From Takakia lepidozioides (taxonomy: Eukaryota > Plantae > Bryophyta), in contig CM060733.1 of assembly GCA_030704615.1 (NCBI GenBank), positions 33,232,001 to 33,296,000 of the forward strand: a stretch of DNA of 64,000 nucleotides, read 5' to 3'. Below, one piece after another: positions 1 through 12,700 of this stretch. The notes below the pieces were generated by a model. The model made no database searches and was not told the DNA's origin. It saw only the letters and a program-made list of their open reading frames with translations. Within the stretch, counting starts at the first letter, position 1. Each line of letters opens with the position of its first letter. The translations under genes were made by a program, and so were the position numbers.

Positions 1-1425
1 TAGGAGTTTGAGTTTTTGCCTTAGCTGTATTAGTCCACCATTTGCTCTTCTTCCAATTTGTCTTCTTGGAGTAACTATATTCCATCTTTCAGTCTTGAAG
101 ATATTGTTGTTCTCTGAAACTCCTCCTTATATAGGCAGTCCAACTCTTCTTTCAGTGCAACATGCAAGTACCCATAAATACCCAAATATATCAATTTGAT
201 AAAAGGGTTCAATGGTAGGTTGACACCTCTCCTTCCATCTATGTCAATACCAATATTGAATCCTTGTTGAATATATCATTCTTCTAAACGCTTTACCAAT
301 TAATATAATTGGCTTTATCAATCCACAAGACATAATAAGCCTTGCCCGATATATCATTGGTTATATCAATCCATGGTCAATCTAAGCATCACTCACATTG
401 GATAAAGCACTAAATCAACCGCGATTCATCTTTAGCACTGCTAAGTTAATATCCTGGTCTAAAACCATTATGTCCAAGAGGTGGAGATAGAGGTACCTAA
501 TAGCTACTCTCTCCTAGTGCTTGCTAGGCAACGACATATAGGGGTCTAAGTATGCAAGCAATATACCATATGGCACAACAAGGCCATATCTAAACTACGT
601 TCAAAGTAGAAGCTGGGCTTAGTCCCATACATACTTACAGACATAATATTAGAAGTTACTTGTCTTGTTTATACTAAATGTTCTTTTAGCTGTCCAAGAA
701 AACGTTATGACTTCAATAAATTTTGTTTTATTTTATTTCTTGTTTCTTAAAACATGAAAGACTTGCTACCTCCCTCTTACCCAAAACCAAAGGGGGGGCG
801 GTGCCTCTGAAAATTGAAATAAAGTTTGAAAATAAAACTTAAATCAGTTGTAACTTGTAGCAGTTCATTATGCTACTTTATATTGTTGAAGCCAAAATCA
901 AAGTTTGTCATGACGACTTGCATGGACTCAATTTCTAAGCATACCTCTAGGTCTTATAAGACTCATAACCCTAAAGACATCACTAACTAAGTTTTAACTT
1001 CCATTGTTTAAGCTGCTTCTTTATGCGCGACCACTGCTAGTTACCAAGCATTCATGGTCTTAAAAGAAGCTAATGTTGTTAGGGGGAGGGACATGAAGCT
1101 TGCCTATATAACTTATAGCTAACTTTAGGAACCGTTCACGAAGCAAACACCATTATCACGAGCCTTGAGCTAGCTACCTAGCTAGAACAAACCTAAAACG
1201 GCGATTGGCTCTCTTGCTTTGGCAAAACATGAGAGGAAGGTGAGAGAGGGGCATGACTCAGCACAACACACCAATCGGTGCCTTGACACGGTGTAAGGTC
1301 CTTTGACCACATTTTCTCCATTGACTTCAATATGATGCAAAGTCTCTCTCTGCAAGAGAGCCAACAAACATTTTTGATGCATGCCTCACTTTTGCACAGC
1401 TGTGCATGTGTTCATATGCAGTAGC

Positions 1426-1863
1426 TTAGCTTGGTGGTGATGGATCAACTACTATGATTTCCTTCGCCTTTGTCGAGGGTATCAGGTCCATCATGACCTT
1501 ATAAATACAATCCTCCTCTATGGGGATATTGTAACCCCACTCAACGTATTGACCTTCGTATGATCGAGAACCGATAGTCTTGTAAGTTCTCAATATAAGT
1601 TTGTCTACAAAACCAAGAAGAACGTGCAACACAATAGCTGCAGCTTGTATATCTTCATCTTGGGTATAAGCAAACTGTAGTTCTGCTAACTCCACAGTCA
1701 TGGTCCGTGTATGGCCCATCTCCTCATAGCACCAGCAGTTGTCCTGACCTCGATAGCTCTCAAGATTTGAGAGCACTTGTAATTGGAGGTCTTGGCTATC
1801 CATGCCTTCAAGAAAGATCAAGCCTTTGTTCACCATTAGTGTTATACTGTAAGAATAGTCCAT
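1426..1863 (-). other. Unassigned 145-aa ORF in repeat-like DNA, possibly TE-derived
   Basis: Open ATG-to-stop frame with protein-like composition. No motif recognised. Confidence 0.2.
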
Positions 1864-3617
1864 AAAGAGGCTTCACACAATATTCTGCGACAAGATGATG
1901 TGGATGCTGCAAGACCAGGCACAATATAAAGGTTACTACACTGAAGCTGGTTAGATCTAGCTGAGAGCAGAAGAAAACCCAGAGATAGATAGAGAAACAT
2001 GAGTACACTTAAGCTTGCAGATGGAACGTTATCTAGCTGGTACGTCTAGAGCAGAATCGCTGAAGCTGATAGACAGATAAATAGATAGATAAAGAGAAGC
2101 AGTGGCCACTAGTTGTAAGGGCCACTAGTTCTCCTTAAGGCTGCTGCCTCTTTTGGGGTTTGGGCCCTATACAAATCTAGACATGCGCCTATTTCAGGCA
2201 ACAGAAGAGTTTTCTAGTTTTGATTTGTCGGCTATAAGACTTTAAGGGATGATGGGATGGGATAAGGGATAATTACACGATGGATGTGAGGTGGATTTCC
2301 TTGAAGTATCTGTGTATGCAACAGTTGGGAGATCAAGGTTAATATGTTATACTCCAAATCAAACATTCTAGGATCTACCCTAGACTAAAAAGCAAAGGAT
2401 GACGCCTCTGGAAGACGCCTTATAAATTATGGTGTCTCCCCAGATCAAAAGCATAGAGCGTATCATGGCAACCTTGGAGCAAACAATGGAAGAGGGTGCT
2501 GGACATAGCGCCCAAAAGCTTCACCCAGAAATCTGCGGCCAATAAGATAATGTGACGCATGAATATAGATATTACTACACGCGAGAGTGAAGCTAGTTCG
2601 AAATTTTGAACATACGTGTACTTGAAGATGGAACAACGTTAGGCAGACCTGTAGAGCAGAAGGGACAAAAGAGGAACAGTGCTGGTGTTATATGGAGCTC
2701 TGCAAAAACGACATTCTATGAGACTTTTCTTGAGACTAAAGTTCTTTTCTTTCGAAAAAGGGACTGCGCCCCAAAATAGCGCCCGAATGCTTTTCCGTTT
2801 GTTTCGTTCACTAATAACAGAGAAGAAGTATAACGAAAAGAGAGCATAGATATTGTTCTTTCGATCTGCAGGCTCTGATCCGCTACGGTATGATCTTCAT
2901 ATTCGACATGTCTCTGGTTCACAAATTGCAGCGCAGCAGCAGCAGTTTAGCATAGCATATACTGAGCATATACTATTTCTCTGCTCTAGTACGGAAGTGA
3001 TCTAAAGGAGGGAGGACAGCGCTGAAGCAGTCTTTAATTTCGTTCCTCGATTCTCTGTGCTTACTGTTGTCTGGGAGGAATTTGTAATGCGAGGTTTTTC
3101 TGTTCAAAAGATTGTATCAACTCTGTAAAGTACTGTGCATGATCGGCTGATCAGCCGCATTGTTGACGTGAATTGGGCATAGAGCTCGTTTCGTTTCTCA
3201 TGATTGTGGAGGTGATTAGTGACGGACGAGGAGGTCAAGACAAGACTATTCCTATCAGGCCTGCCGGGTAACATCAAACTGGAGAGGGAGATGATGTACA
3301 ACTTGGTTCGCACGTACGCGGGCTATGAATCTCAAGCCAACTTAAGTACTCCGGACACGGCTACCAGATATCCGTCTATTGTCTTCAATTGTAAGTAGTA
3401 ACAGGAGGAAGGAGATGCAAGGAAAGGGAACACGGTAGGAAATCGAAAGTCAGTTGCTGTAATGGACGTTTGATTGTTTTGTCAATGAGGGGGCAGTTGC
3501 CAGATGTGGATGGGACTTCAATGTCCAGTGAGAGTCAGGCTAGTGTCCTCAGTGAAGCTAAGAAGTGGAACCGCTGATTTATAGTTGTTAACTTGCATGA
3601 GCGATCCATGTTGCATC

Positions 3618-3645
3618 AAAAAAAAAAAAAAAAAGAAAAAAAAAA
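3618..3645 (+). repeat. Poly(A) tract, probable 3' tail of a retroposed (non-LTR) insertion
   Basis: About 28-nt A run with one G after gttgcatc. No TSD identified. Confidence 0.4.
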
Positions 3646-3839
3646 TCAGGTTTCGCAGGCAAAGCTTCAAGAATTGCGCCAGAATTTCGAGAAATAGATG
3701 GCTTGTGAGGCGGCGTAAATTTCCTCCTGAAATTTAGGGCCGATTCTGATAAGAGGTAAAAACAGGGTGAAATGTGTTGAAGAAGGTGCCTTCATTACCA
3801 GTGCCTGAGTTTATCATTGTGCCGCTGCTCCTGCGGCTT

Positions 3840-4480
3840 CTAGTTGACCATCTACCCATGCAGGTTTCTTGTAGCTATTGATCCATCTGGTACATTTCCA
3901 GCTTTGGTGATGCAACCATGCACCTCTTTGCCCTTTTCCAGGGCTGCCAGGCTTGCACACGCACTGCAAACGCACACAAACATGATGTGGTCGAACTTCA
4001 CCCTTTCCCCCATCATTTGCTTTCAGGTCTCCAAAGCCCCATCGCCCCTGCTCTGCACACCCTGCAAGCATCGCATTCCACAACACCACATGTTGAACAC
4101 TCCCTTGGCATCCTCAATGGTACCACATTTGGCATACATGGCCACCAGAGAAGTGTTCAGGATGACATCTGGAACAATTGCAGATTTGATCATGTCACCA
4201 GGGATCTCTTTGCCCTTTTCCAGGGCTGCCAGACACACTGCAAACACACACAAACCTTATGTCGGCGGCCTTCACCCCTTCCCCCATCATTCCCTCATAG
4301 GTTGGAGCCACCATCCCGCACCCCTGCTGTGCATACCCTGCAACTATCGCACTCCACGACACCACATCTCGTTCAGCCATAGTGTTGAACACTCCCTTGG
4401 CATCCTCGATGCACCCACATTTGGCATACATGTCCACCAGGACAGGGGCAGTGTTCAGAATGACATCTGGTAATCTGACA
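3840..4480 (-). pseudogene. Degenerate PLS-class PPR gene fragment
   Basis: Frameshifted pieces such as DVILNT..VDMYAKCGCIEDAKGVFNTMAERDVVSWSAIVAGYAQQG and LEKGKEI..DMIKSAIVPD, of the same family as the intact PPR at 9750-12701. Confidence 0.85.
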
Positions 4481-4494
4481 GACATTCACCTTTT

Positions 4495-4760
4495 AGAATT
4501 GTTCCAGCAAATTCCCCAACCCTACTGACTTAGAGGCTGTAGTGTCCAAAGCCATGTCCGTTTCCAGAAAATTGTCTGATGAAAATGAAGTTAGGCAGAA
4601 AACTTCCCTGGACTTGTTTCCAGTCTGTGACATGGGGGAGGACAGCATGGATGACCTCAAGGGTCTACCCACTCTTCTGAAATTTAAACTAAGGGCAGGA
4701 ATCCTACCTTTGAATAGCAAATAGAAGCAGAGAGGAAAGGGAGAGTGCAATTGCACCCAA
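4495..4760 (+). mobile_element. Non-LTR (LINE) 3' fragment
   Basis: gacttagaggctgtagtgtccaaagccatg...gacctcaaggg is nearly identical to 15490-15625, which follows an RT C-terminal fragment. It encodes LLKFKLRAGILPLN. Confidence 0.6.
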
Positions 4761-5679
4761 CTCAACTTATCACACTAGTTCCTATGGTCAATTGCATCTG
4801 CTACACTCTGTAATCTGACAGGCATTCACCTATCTGTTACCTGTTTTTGGATACTTTCCTGTTGTCACATTGGCAGTATCATGTCAAAGTCACTCCAAAC
4901 AAAGATTCACTAAACCAGCTAACTTGCAGAATTCAACATGGAAATTTAGGGCCGATTCTGATAAGAAGGAAAAACAGGGTGAAATGTGTTGGAGAAGGTG
5001 CCTTCATTAGCAGTGCCTGATTTTATCCATTGTGCTGCTACTGCTGCGGCTTCCAGTTGACCATCTGTTTCTTGTAGCTATCCTTCCACAGGGAATCATA
5101 GGTAATCTGGAGCTTGAAATCCGGGCCTCTTGGATGAATCTGGACCCACAATCTATCCCTACACTCCTTCAGCTATCCATGCATGTGTACAAATCGTCAA
5201 TACATCCTCAGCCTTGCTGCAGCTAGCAGCTGACACTGACGCCCTAACCCTACCTAAAGTAACATGTCAAAATCACTCCAAACCCACCATAGATCCACCA
5301 ACGAGCTTCTCCTCATCTATGTTATCTGTTTCTGGATATTTTCCTGCTGCTACATCGGCAGTAACTTGTCAAAGTCACTCCTAACCACCACAGATCCACC
5401 CAATGAGCTAACTTACAGAATTCAATATGCATCTCAGGGCCGATGTACACGGACGTGAAGCCTGCCTGGAAAGGAAGTAGTTTTTCCCCTGCAACATTAC
5501 CTGACTACAGCCACAAGCAGCACACACACAAGAGGTCCGTTTGGGTTCATGGTCATTCAAATCCTCCATGGGTCATGACACAAGGTCAAGGTCGACAATG
5601 TGGTGAGGGCACCTTCTTCTTCAACCTATTTCTGCCTGTTTTACCCTCTCATCAGACTCCACGCTGCTGCTGCTGCTTC

Positions 5680-6280
5680 TAGTTGACCATCTACCCATGC
5701 AGGTTGGTAGTAGATATTGGTCCACAAGGAATCATAGGTAATCTGGAGCTTGCACACCAACGTGATGCAGTTGGGCTTCACCCCTTCCCCCATCATTTGC
5801 TTATAGGTCTCCAAAGCCTCCATCCCATGCCCCTGCTGTGCACACCCTACAAGCATCGCACTCCACGACACCACATCTCGTTCAGCCATAATGTTGAAAA
5901 CTCCCTTGGCATCCTCAATGCTCCCACATTTGGCATACATGTCCACCAGAGCAGTGTTCAGGATGACATCTGGTACAATTGCAGATTTGAAGATGTCACC
6001 ATTGATCTCTTTGCCCTTTTCCAGGTCTGCCAGACGCACTGCAAACCGCACACAAACGTTATGTCGGCGGGTTTCACCCCTTCCCCCGTCATTTGCTCAT
6101 AGGTCTCCAAAGCCTCCATCCCGCACCCCTGCTGTGCATACCCTGCGAGCATCGCACTCGACGACATCACATCTCGTTCAGCCATAGTGTTGAACACTCT
6201 CTTGGCATCCTCGATGCACCCACATTTGGCCTACATGTCCACAAGGGCAGAGACAGTGTTCAGAATGACATCTGGTAATC
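5680..6280 (-). pseudogene. Second degenerate PPR fragment, a tandem duplicate of 3840-4480
   Basis: LEKGKEINGDIFKSAIVPDVILNTALVDMYAKCGSIEDAKGVFNIMAERDVVSWSAM with frameshifts. It shares both junctions (ctagttgaccatctacccatgc; gacatctggtaatctgacag) with the first copy. Confidence 0.85.
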
Positions 6281-6859
6281 TGACAGGCATTCACCTTTTT
6301 GCCTCGGTTGTCCCACCATTGGCTGGGGTCAGAAAAGTATTCATTCCACAGCTTCTCCTCGTCTCAGCTGTTACCTGTTTCTGGATACTTCCCTGTTGTC
6401 ACATTGGCAGTACCATGTCAAAGTCGCTCCAAACTATCAAAGGCTCACTCAACCAGCTAACTTGCAGAATTCAACATAACACGCTGAATGAGTTTTTTGT
6501 TCTGCTGGTAACGTTATTCCTCTTGGTTCCTGCATGACACAATTCTTGATTGAACAGAGGTCTCTTGCCTCTTTATATACCCTTAGTATCCTGAATTAAG
6601 GATTCTTTCTCTTTACCAAGCTCGTGTGATACATAAACAATATCTGCAGACAGGAATGAAACAGCTCGATGTAATAAGGACAGACAACTACCTTCTTGAC
6701 AACCTCCTGCATCAGCATCGGTGAACATGGATTGGGCACTCTATGGCGTATGCGGTGTCCGAAGACCTGCCAGCTTCACAACCAAACTAACTCAGCAAAA
6801 TGCTTACTGCCAGAGACCACCTAGCTTTGTCTGGCTCCATGTGAAGGATGCTTTCACAA

Positions 6860-7145
6860 GACTTGTCCCGGTATGACAAACAACCACATTGGCTGTTTTG
6901 GAGCATGCTGACATGCACTCCTTAAGCACCCCCACTTGAATGGATTCTAGAGACTTAGCCTGGTTGGAGTTATCAACCCATATAGCAGATCCGTACTCCA
7001 AGGCAGGTCTAATAACGCGGCAAAGCAAGGTTTTCTTGACCTCGGAGTTAATCCCTCTGCAGTGAAAATTTTTAGTGAGACTCAGCGCTTTGCCCTTGCC
7101 AGTTTGAACAACTTTTTGGATGTGTGCATCCCAGTTACAGTTGGA
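6860..7145 (-). mobile_element. LINE reverse-transcriptase C-terminal fragment
   Basis: NWDAHIQKV...KKTLLCRVIRPALEYGSAIW..LESIQ matches the non-LTR RT thumb motif (IRP.LEY...W). Inverted copy at 15020-15270. Confidence 0.7.
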
Positions 7146-7919
7146 GAGAGAGAGAGAGAGAGTTTTTACCAAAATGGTTTCCTGGTGGGATGCAGTCTCC
7201 TGTCAGAAAGAGATGATTAAACTAAGGGTGTCATGCGGGATAATTGGGGAAAAACAGAGGCACCAGGAGGCGACCCTATAATCATGAAGCCCCCTTCCCC
7301 AAAAGTACCTATGCGCATTGGACGTCCAGACAGAGACAATCCTGTCATCAAGTACTTTGACCACCCTGATGCTCATTTGAAAAAGCCGATGGCCGGGTGA
7401 TTTTGAGCGGTTCTGTTCTGAACGTGTGGAACGCCCGAAAATTGCAGAGCCACACTAACCATACTTTCCTGCATTGAAGGTAGACATTGATTAACCCCTC
7501 TTCAACTATCTCTAACGCATCCAGATTACGTTTATCCAGGCAAACACACAAGGCAAAGTGAAGGAAGCTAACATTTACTCTTTGTACTGGTGGTGTGCTT
7601 GTTTATTGGTTTGATCCAGATTCAGGCCTTCATGCTGCCATTTCTAGAGCCTGCCCATAGAGTTGTAAAAGTGCAAGATGATGTACATGTTTGAACATTG
7701 TTGTTTAATGTGAAACAGTGGCACAACTTACAAGATGGTGTGCACCAGGGGAAGTCATTGGCAGGTGGCTTTCTTTCACCATCAGATTTGTTTTGATGGA
7801 TGCTACTGCCATTATGGGAATGCTTCACCTTTGTCTTTCTATCCATCTCCGTTGATGTACACTCCACATTTTAGACCCAACATCCTTCATTTGAAGAGAG
7901 CAGAACACACACCTCTGAT

Positions 7920-8660
7920 TTAAGCATTATCCTCACGTAGTCTCTGTTCTTCTTCCATCAGCACTTGTTTCTGTCTCTCCAGCACAAAGACGTTCCAGCA
8001 TGCAATCTCATCTTTATCCTTTGAATATTCCTCAATCTTTTCTTCTAGAAGATGTATCTGTTCCTCGTAGTTGCTGAAGCCATGAATCATGAGGCATCTA
8101 AGTTCAGTCATGATATGGATCCACCTCAGGCAATACTGCAGCTTCTCCTGGTCGTCAGTCGACGACCCAACTCCTTTTGGAGATAAGCCCACCGCTTCTG
8201 GAGATACTTTTTCAATCGCAATCAATAACTCCCCTGGCTCCTTAACCTGGGAAGAAAACAAATACCGACACATCACTTTGTCTACTTGGCAGCACACTCC
8301 TACATCCTAAGACTGCAGGACTGGGACATGTCTGTTTCTGGGAAAGCAGGCCACCTTCAATATGTTTAGCTTTTCACTGGGTAAGTCCTGATCCCCGGTT
8401 GCCCACACAACCTGCTGCTGGCAGGCGGGCAGGCAGTCTACCTGCAAGTCTTGTTGCCATGAGGGATTGACTATCCCCTTCTAGGTAGCCGGGACCAGTT
8501 TACTCAATAAATTAAAAGGATGGTGCCATCTAAATGGATCACAGTAGCCAACAGGTGAAATCAGCTCACCTTCCTGTCAACAGTCTCTTGATCGCTTTGC
8601 GCATCAAGTTTCTCTTGCTCTTCCATGTGGGCTCTTTCTCGCTCAAAATTTGCATAAAAT
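7920..8660 (-). pseudogene. Possible two-exon coiled-coil gene fragment, cut off at its 5' end by a repeat insertion
   Basis: Exon ~8660-8570 (FYANFERERAHMEEQEKLDAQSDQETVDRK|gtgagc) joins in phase 0 to exon 8246-7920 (cccag|VKEPG...EEEQRLREDNA*). Confidence 0.3.
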
Positions 8661-9055
8661 CCCTTGGCTGGGACTTGGAGGAAGTCGGCCGAACTAGCTA
8701 GTGGAGAGTAGAGTTCTTTGACATGGGATGCCACGGTACGGTAACAAACTCCTTTATGTGGGACGCCACAACTTGGATGTTAGTTTCTAAAAAATGGACA
8801 AATCGATGAGGACATCGACTCCCTGTTGGTAGGGGGTGTGTGTTGCGACCCTTTGCCTTGAGGGCGAGGGGTCGGGACACAAGAGGGGGGGGGGGTGCCC
8901 CTGTGGGTTGGGGCAATGTTGGGGCGGTGGCAACAATAGGAACGGGGCTGAAGCATCCTTGAGTGCTCAAGGCACTCAAGGAGGCGGAGGCGCTCACTAG
9001 GTGTATCCTCGCACATTGGGTTGCGGTGGGGGTGGGTACACCAGGAGAGGTGGTC
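8661..9055. repeat. ~400-bp dispersed repeat, an inverted copy of the internal part of the chromovirus LTR (58225-58622)
   Basis: cccttggctgggacttggaggaagtcggccgaactagctagtggagagtagag is the reverse complement of 58568-58622. Similarity continues for about 400 bp. Confidence 0.85.
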
Positions 9056-9749
9056 TACCCTATACACAATTATAGGTTATTAGCAATGGATACCGTGGAT
9101 ACATATACTCTTTTTATAGAGGGAAGGATCAGATGTGTTTCTTGAATGAGTGCCTGTGCTACTGGTTAGATACTTCAGTCCTCTCAGTGCAATCCTTGTA
9201 TGCATTAGTGTGTCATGAGATATGGATTCAGGACTGGAATTGTCCCTGATTACTGTGGAACCTAATTTTGACTGCAGAAGTGGGAGCCCAATTTTCACAA
9301 CTGGAACTCTGTCAAATTCCTTTTTTACAGGGAAACCCTCACAATTTGGGCCCTTTACAGAGGAGGGGGGAAATTAACCCCTTTCATATAAGCCATTAAC
9401 CGCAAATGATCAAGACAGGATCAAGACACCATCCCCAGACCGGCCCGCCATGAAACCACACCAATCCACTCAAATATACTTGTCAGCTCAAATTGGATGC
9501 CTCTTCACACATGGCAAGAGAAGGAATGGGATTCAGCCTCTGTTGGTGCAAAACTCCAAACCCCAACAACACCAGGGCTTTCTGTGATGTGCATGCTACT
9601 GCAATCTGTTTGACGGACTCCTTTGCAAAAAGGTGCATTACACTTGCCTGCTGCTCTGGAATAAATAAATTGTTTCATCCAATGTGATCTATTAACAATT
9701 ATGACCATTCTGCATACAGATGCACTTTCTGTCATGCATGTTGCTCTTT

Positions 9750-12700
9750 CTACCAGTAATCCCCACAAGAACAAATCCCATCTTGGAAGTGGTGGAAGCG
9801 GTTGGCATCGCGTACGACCAGTGCTCGCCCAACAATCTTTGAGATGAGCTTTGTGGCAGTGTGGCAGTCACCACACACCCGAAGGTTCTTCATGATGCTT
9901 ATAGGGGTCCCAGGGGGTGTGCTAATCAGGCCAAAACAAATTGCCAATCTCTCACTATGGTAGCAAAGAGAATTTTCCTTTTGGTCCTCCTTCACATCAT
10001 GCAACACAAAGCGTGTGTCAGGAACGTATCCTGCCTCCTTCATTGGCCCCGACAATCTCTTCAGCTCGATATGGATTTCCTCAATTCTTTGATGCGATTT
10101 GTCGTCCACAATGAATCTATGTAATTGGTTGTCCACTTCAATGCAACTGTGCCCTGGTTCTTTTATTACACCTCTGTCTTCCATCATTTTCCTCACCTTT
10201 GCTGTATCGTCCCACCTGCCAGCCGCAGCATAGATGTTTGATAGCAGCACATAAGTTGCAGCTTCCTCTGGATCCGACTCGAAAAGGGATTTTGCTGCAC
10301 ATTCTGCTAACTCCACATCACCGTGAATTCTGCAGGCATTAAGCAAGGCACCCCACACTGAAGCACCTGGTTTGATTGGCATTTCATTAATTAGGACCTC
10401 TGCCTCATGCAATCGACCTGCACGGCCAAGAAGGTCCACCATGCAGCTAAAATGCTCAACGGTAGGAGTAAGGCCATGAGCCTGACTCATAGAATCAAAG
10501 TAGTGGAGGCCTTCATCCACTAGGCCCACATGGCTACATACAGACAGAACACATACAAAGGTGATACTGTTCGGCTTGAAGCCTTCCTGCTGCATTTGTT
10601 GAAATAGGTCAAGGGCCATCCTACCAAACCCATGCTGACTGTATCCTGCTATCATCACATTCCATGATACCACATCTCGTTTAGTCATAGTTTTGAACAC
10701 TTGATGGGCATCCTTTATGCTCCCACACTTGGCATACATGTCAACAAGACTGTTCTCCACAGTGATATCTGGGTCAATTCCAGATTTGATGATGTCATTG
10801 TGGACCTTTTTGCCCTTTTCCAGGGCTGCCAGGCTGGCACATGCCTTGAGAACACAACAGAATGATACCTTGTCAGGCTTCACCCCTTCCTGTATCATCT
10901 GTTCATACAACTTGAAAGCCTCTCTCCCACACCCATTCTGGGCATATCCTGCAATCATTGCACTCCAGGCGATCACATCACTTCGGTGGGCTGTATTGTC
11001 AAACACTTGACGTGCATCCGTTATGCTCCCACATTTGGCGTACATATTGACAAGGGCCGTCTCCAGAATGATATCTGGTGCAATTCCAGCTTCAATAATG
11101 TCAGCATGGACCTTTTCCCCATTTTCCAGGCCTCCCAGGCTGGCACATGCATTGAGAACACAAATGAACGTGACTTTGTCGGGTGTCACCCCTTCTCTGA
11201 TCATTTGTTCATACATCTCAAAAGCCTCCCTACCACACCCATGCTGAGCATATCCTGCAATCATCGCACTCCATGATACCACATTGGGTTTTAAGCCCTC
11301 CTGTTGCATTTGCTTAAACAGCTGCAGGGCGTCTCCAGTACACCCATGCTGAGCATATCCTGTTATCATGACATTCCATGACACCACATTGCGTTGAGCC
11401 ATGTTGTCAAACATTTGACACGAGTCCTTCATGCTCCCGCATTTGGCATACATGCTAACAAGGGCAGTCTCTAGAATGATATCTGGCGCAATGCCAGCTT
11501 TATTGATGTCAGCATGGACCTCTTTGCCCTTTTCCAGGGCTGCCAGGCCGGCACATGCATTGAGAACACAAATGAAGGTGACTTTGTCAGGTGTCACCCC
11601 TTCCAATATCATTCGCTTATACATCTCAAAAGCCTCAATCCCACACCCATGCTGAGCATATCCTGTAATCATTGTGTTCCATGAGACCACATCCCGTTTA
11701 GCCATATTGTCAAACATTTGACAAGCATCCTTCATGCTCCTGCATTTGGCATACATGTCGACAAGGGTATTTTCCAGAGTGATATTTGGCTCAATTCCTG
11801 CTTTTCTGATATCGCCATGGACCTCTATGCCCTTTTCCAGGGCTGCCAGGCTTGCACATGCCTTGAGAACAGAAATGAATGCGACCTTGTCAGGTGTCAC
11901 TCCCTCCCGCGTCATCTGTTCATACATCTCCAAAGCCTCTCTACCATACCCATGCTGAGTATATCCTGCAATCATGGTGCTCCATGACACCACATTTCGT
12001 TGGCCCATATTATCAAATACTTCACGTGCATTATTCATATTCCCGCATTTGGCATACATAGTAGCAAGGGCAGTCTCCAGAATAACATCTGGCACAAGTC
12101 CAGATTTGTTGATTTCAGCATGGATCTCTCTGCCCTTTTCCAGGGCTCGTAGGCTGGCACAAGCCTTGAGAACACAAATGAATGTGACGTTATTGGGTGA
12201 AGCTCCTTCCCATCTCATTTGGTAATACATCTCCAAAGCCTCCCTGCAATACCCATGCTTCACATATCCTGCCATCATTGCAGTCCATGTAAATACATCC
12301 CGTTCAGGCATTTTATCAAAAACTTGGCGTGCGTTCACCACACTCCCACACTTGGCATACATGTTGACAAGGGTGTTGAGTAGTAAGATGTTTGGCTTGA
12401 ATCCACTTTGAATAATGTGGGCATGCACCTGCTTTCCCTCTTCTAGAACTTTCATCTTGATGCACTTCTGCAAAAGACACACATAAGTGTCGGAGTCTGC
12501 CGGAATGTCCCGTTGGTTCAAATTGTACAGGGCTTCTTTCAGTCGTCCTGCCATACACAGAGTTTTCACATCAACACATTGTGCATGACCTTGTATCATG
12601 GCAGCTATCTCTGCTTTCACCCAAGGAGGGTTCGACAAACCCTCAATCCAAAGGGCCTCCTTTGTGCGCTTATGTCTGAAGTCTGGTGATCTTGGGCTCT

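Noticed and set aside
1-3600. Possible LTR or other TE remnants
   Set aside because: The region looks repeat-like, but I could not identify diagnostic domains or termini.
9750-10160. Possible U-to-C (DYW:KP-type) editing domain
   Set aside because: The domain has a PG box, HSE and terminal DYW, which is the canonical C-to-U type.
10717-12225. Repeated plus-strand ORFs (MLPHLAY...)
   Set aside because: These are antisense shadows of the PPR repeats.
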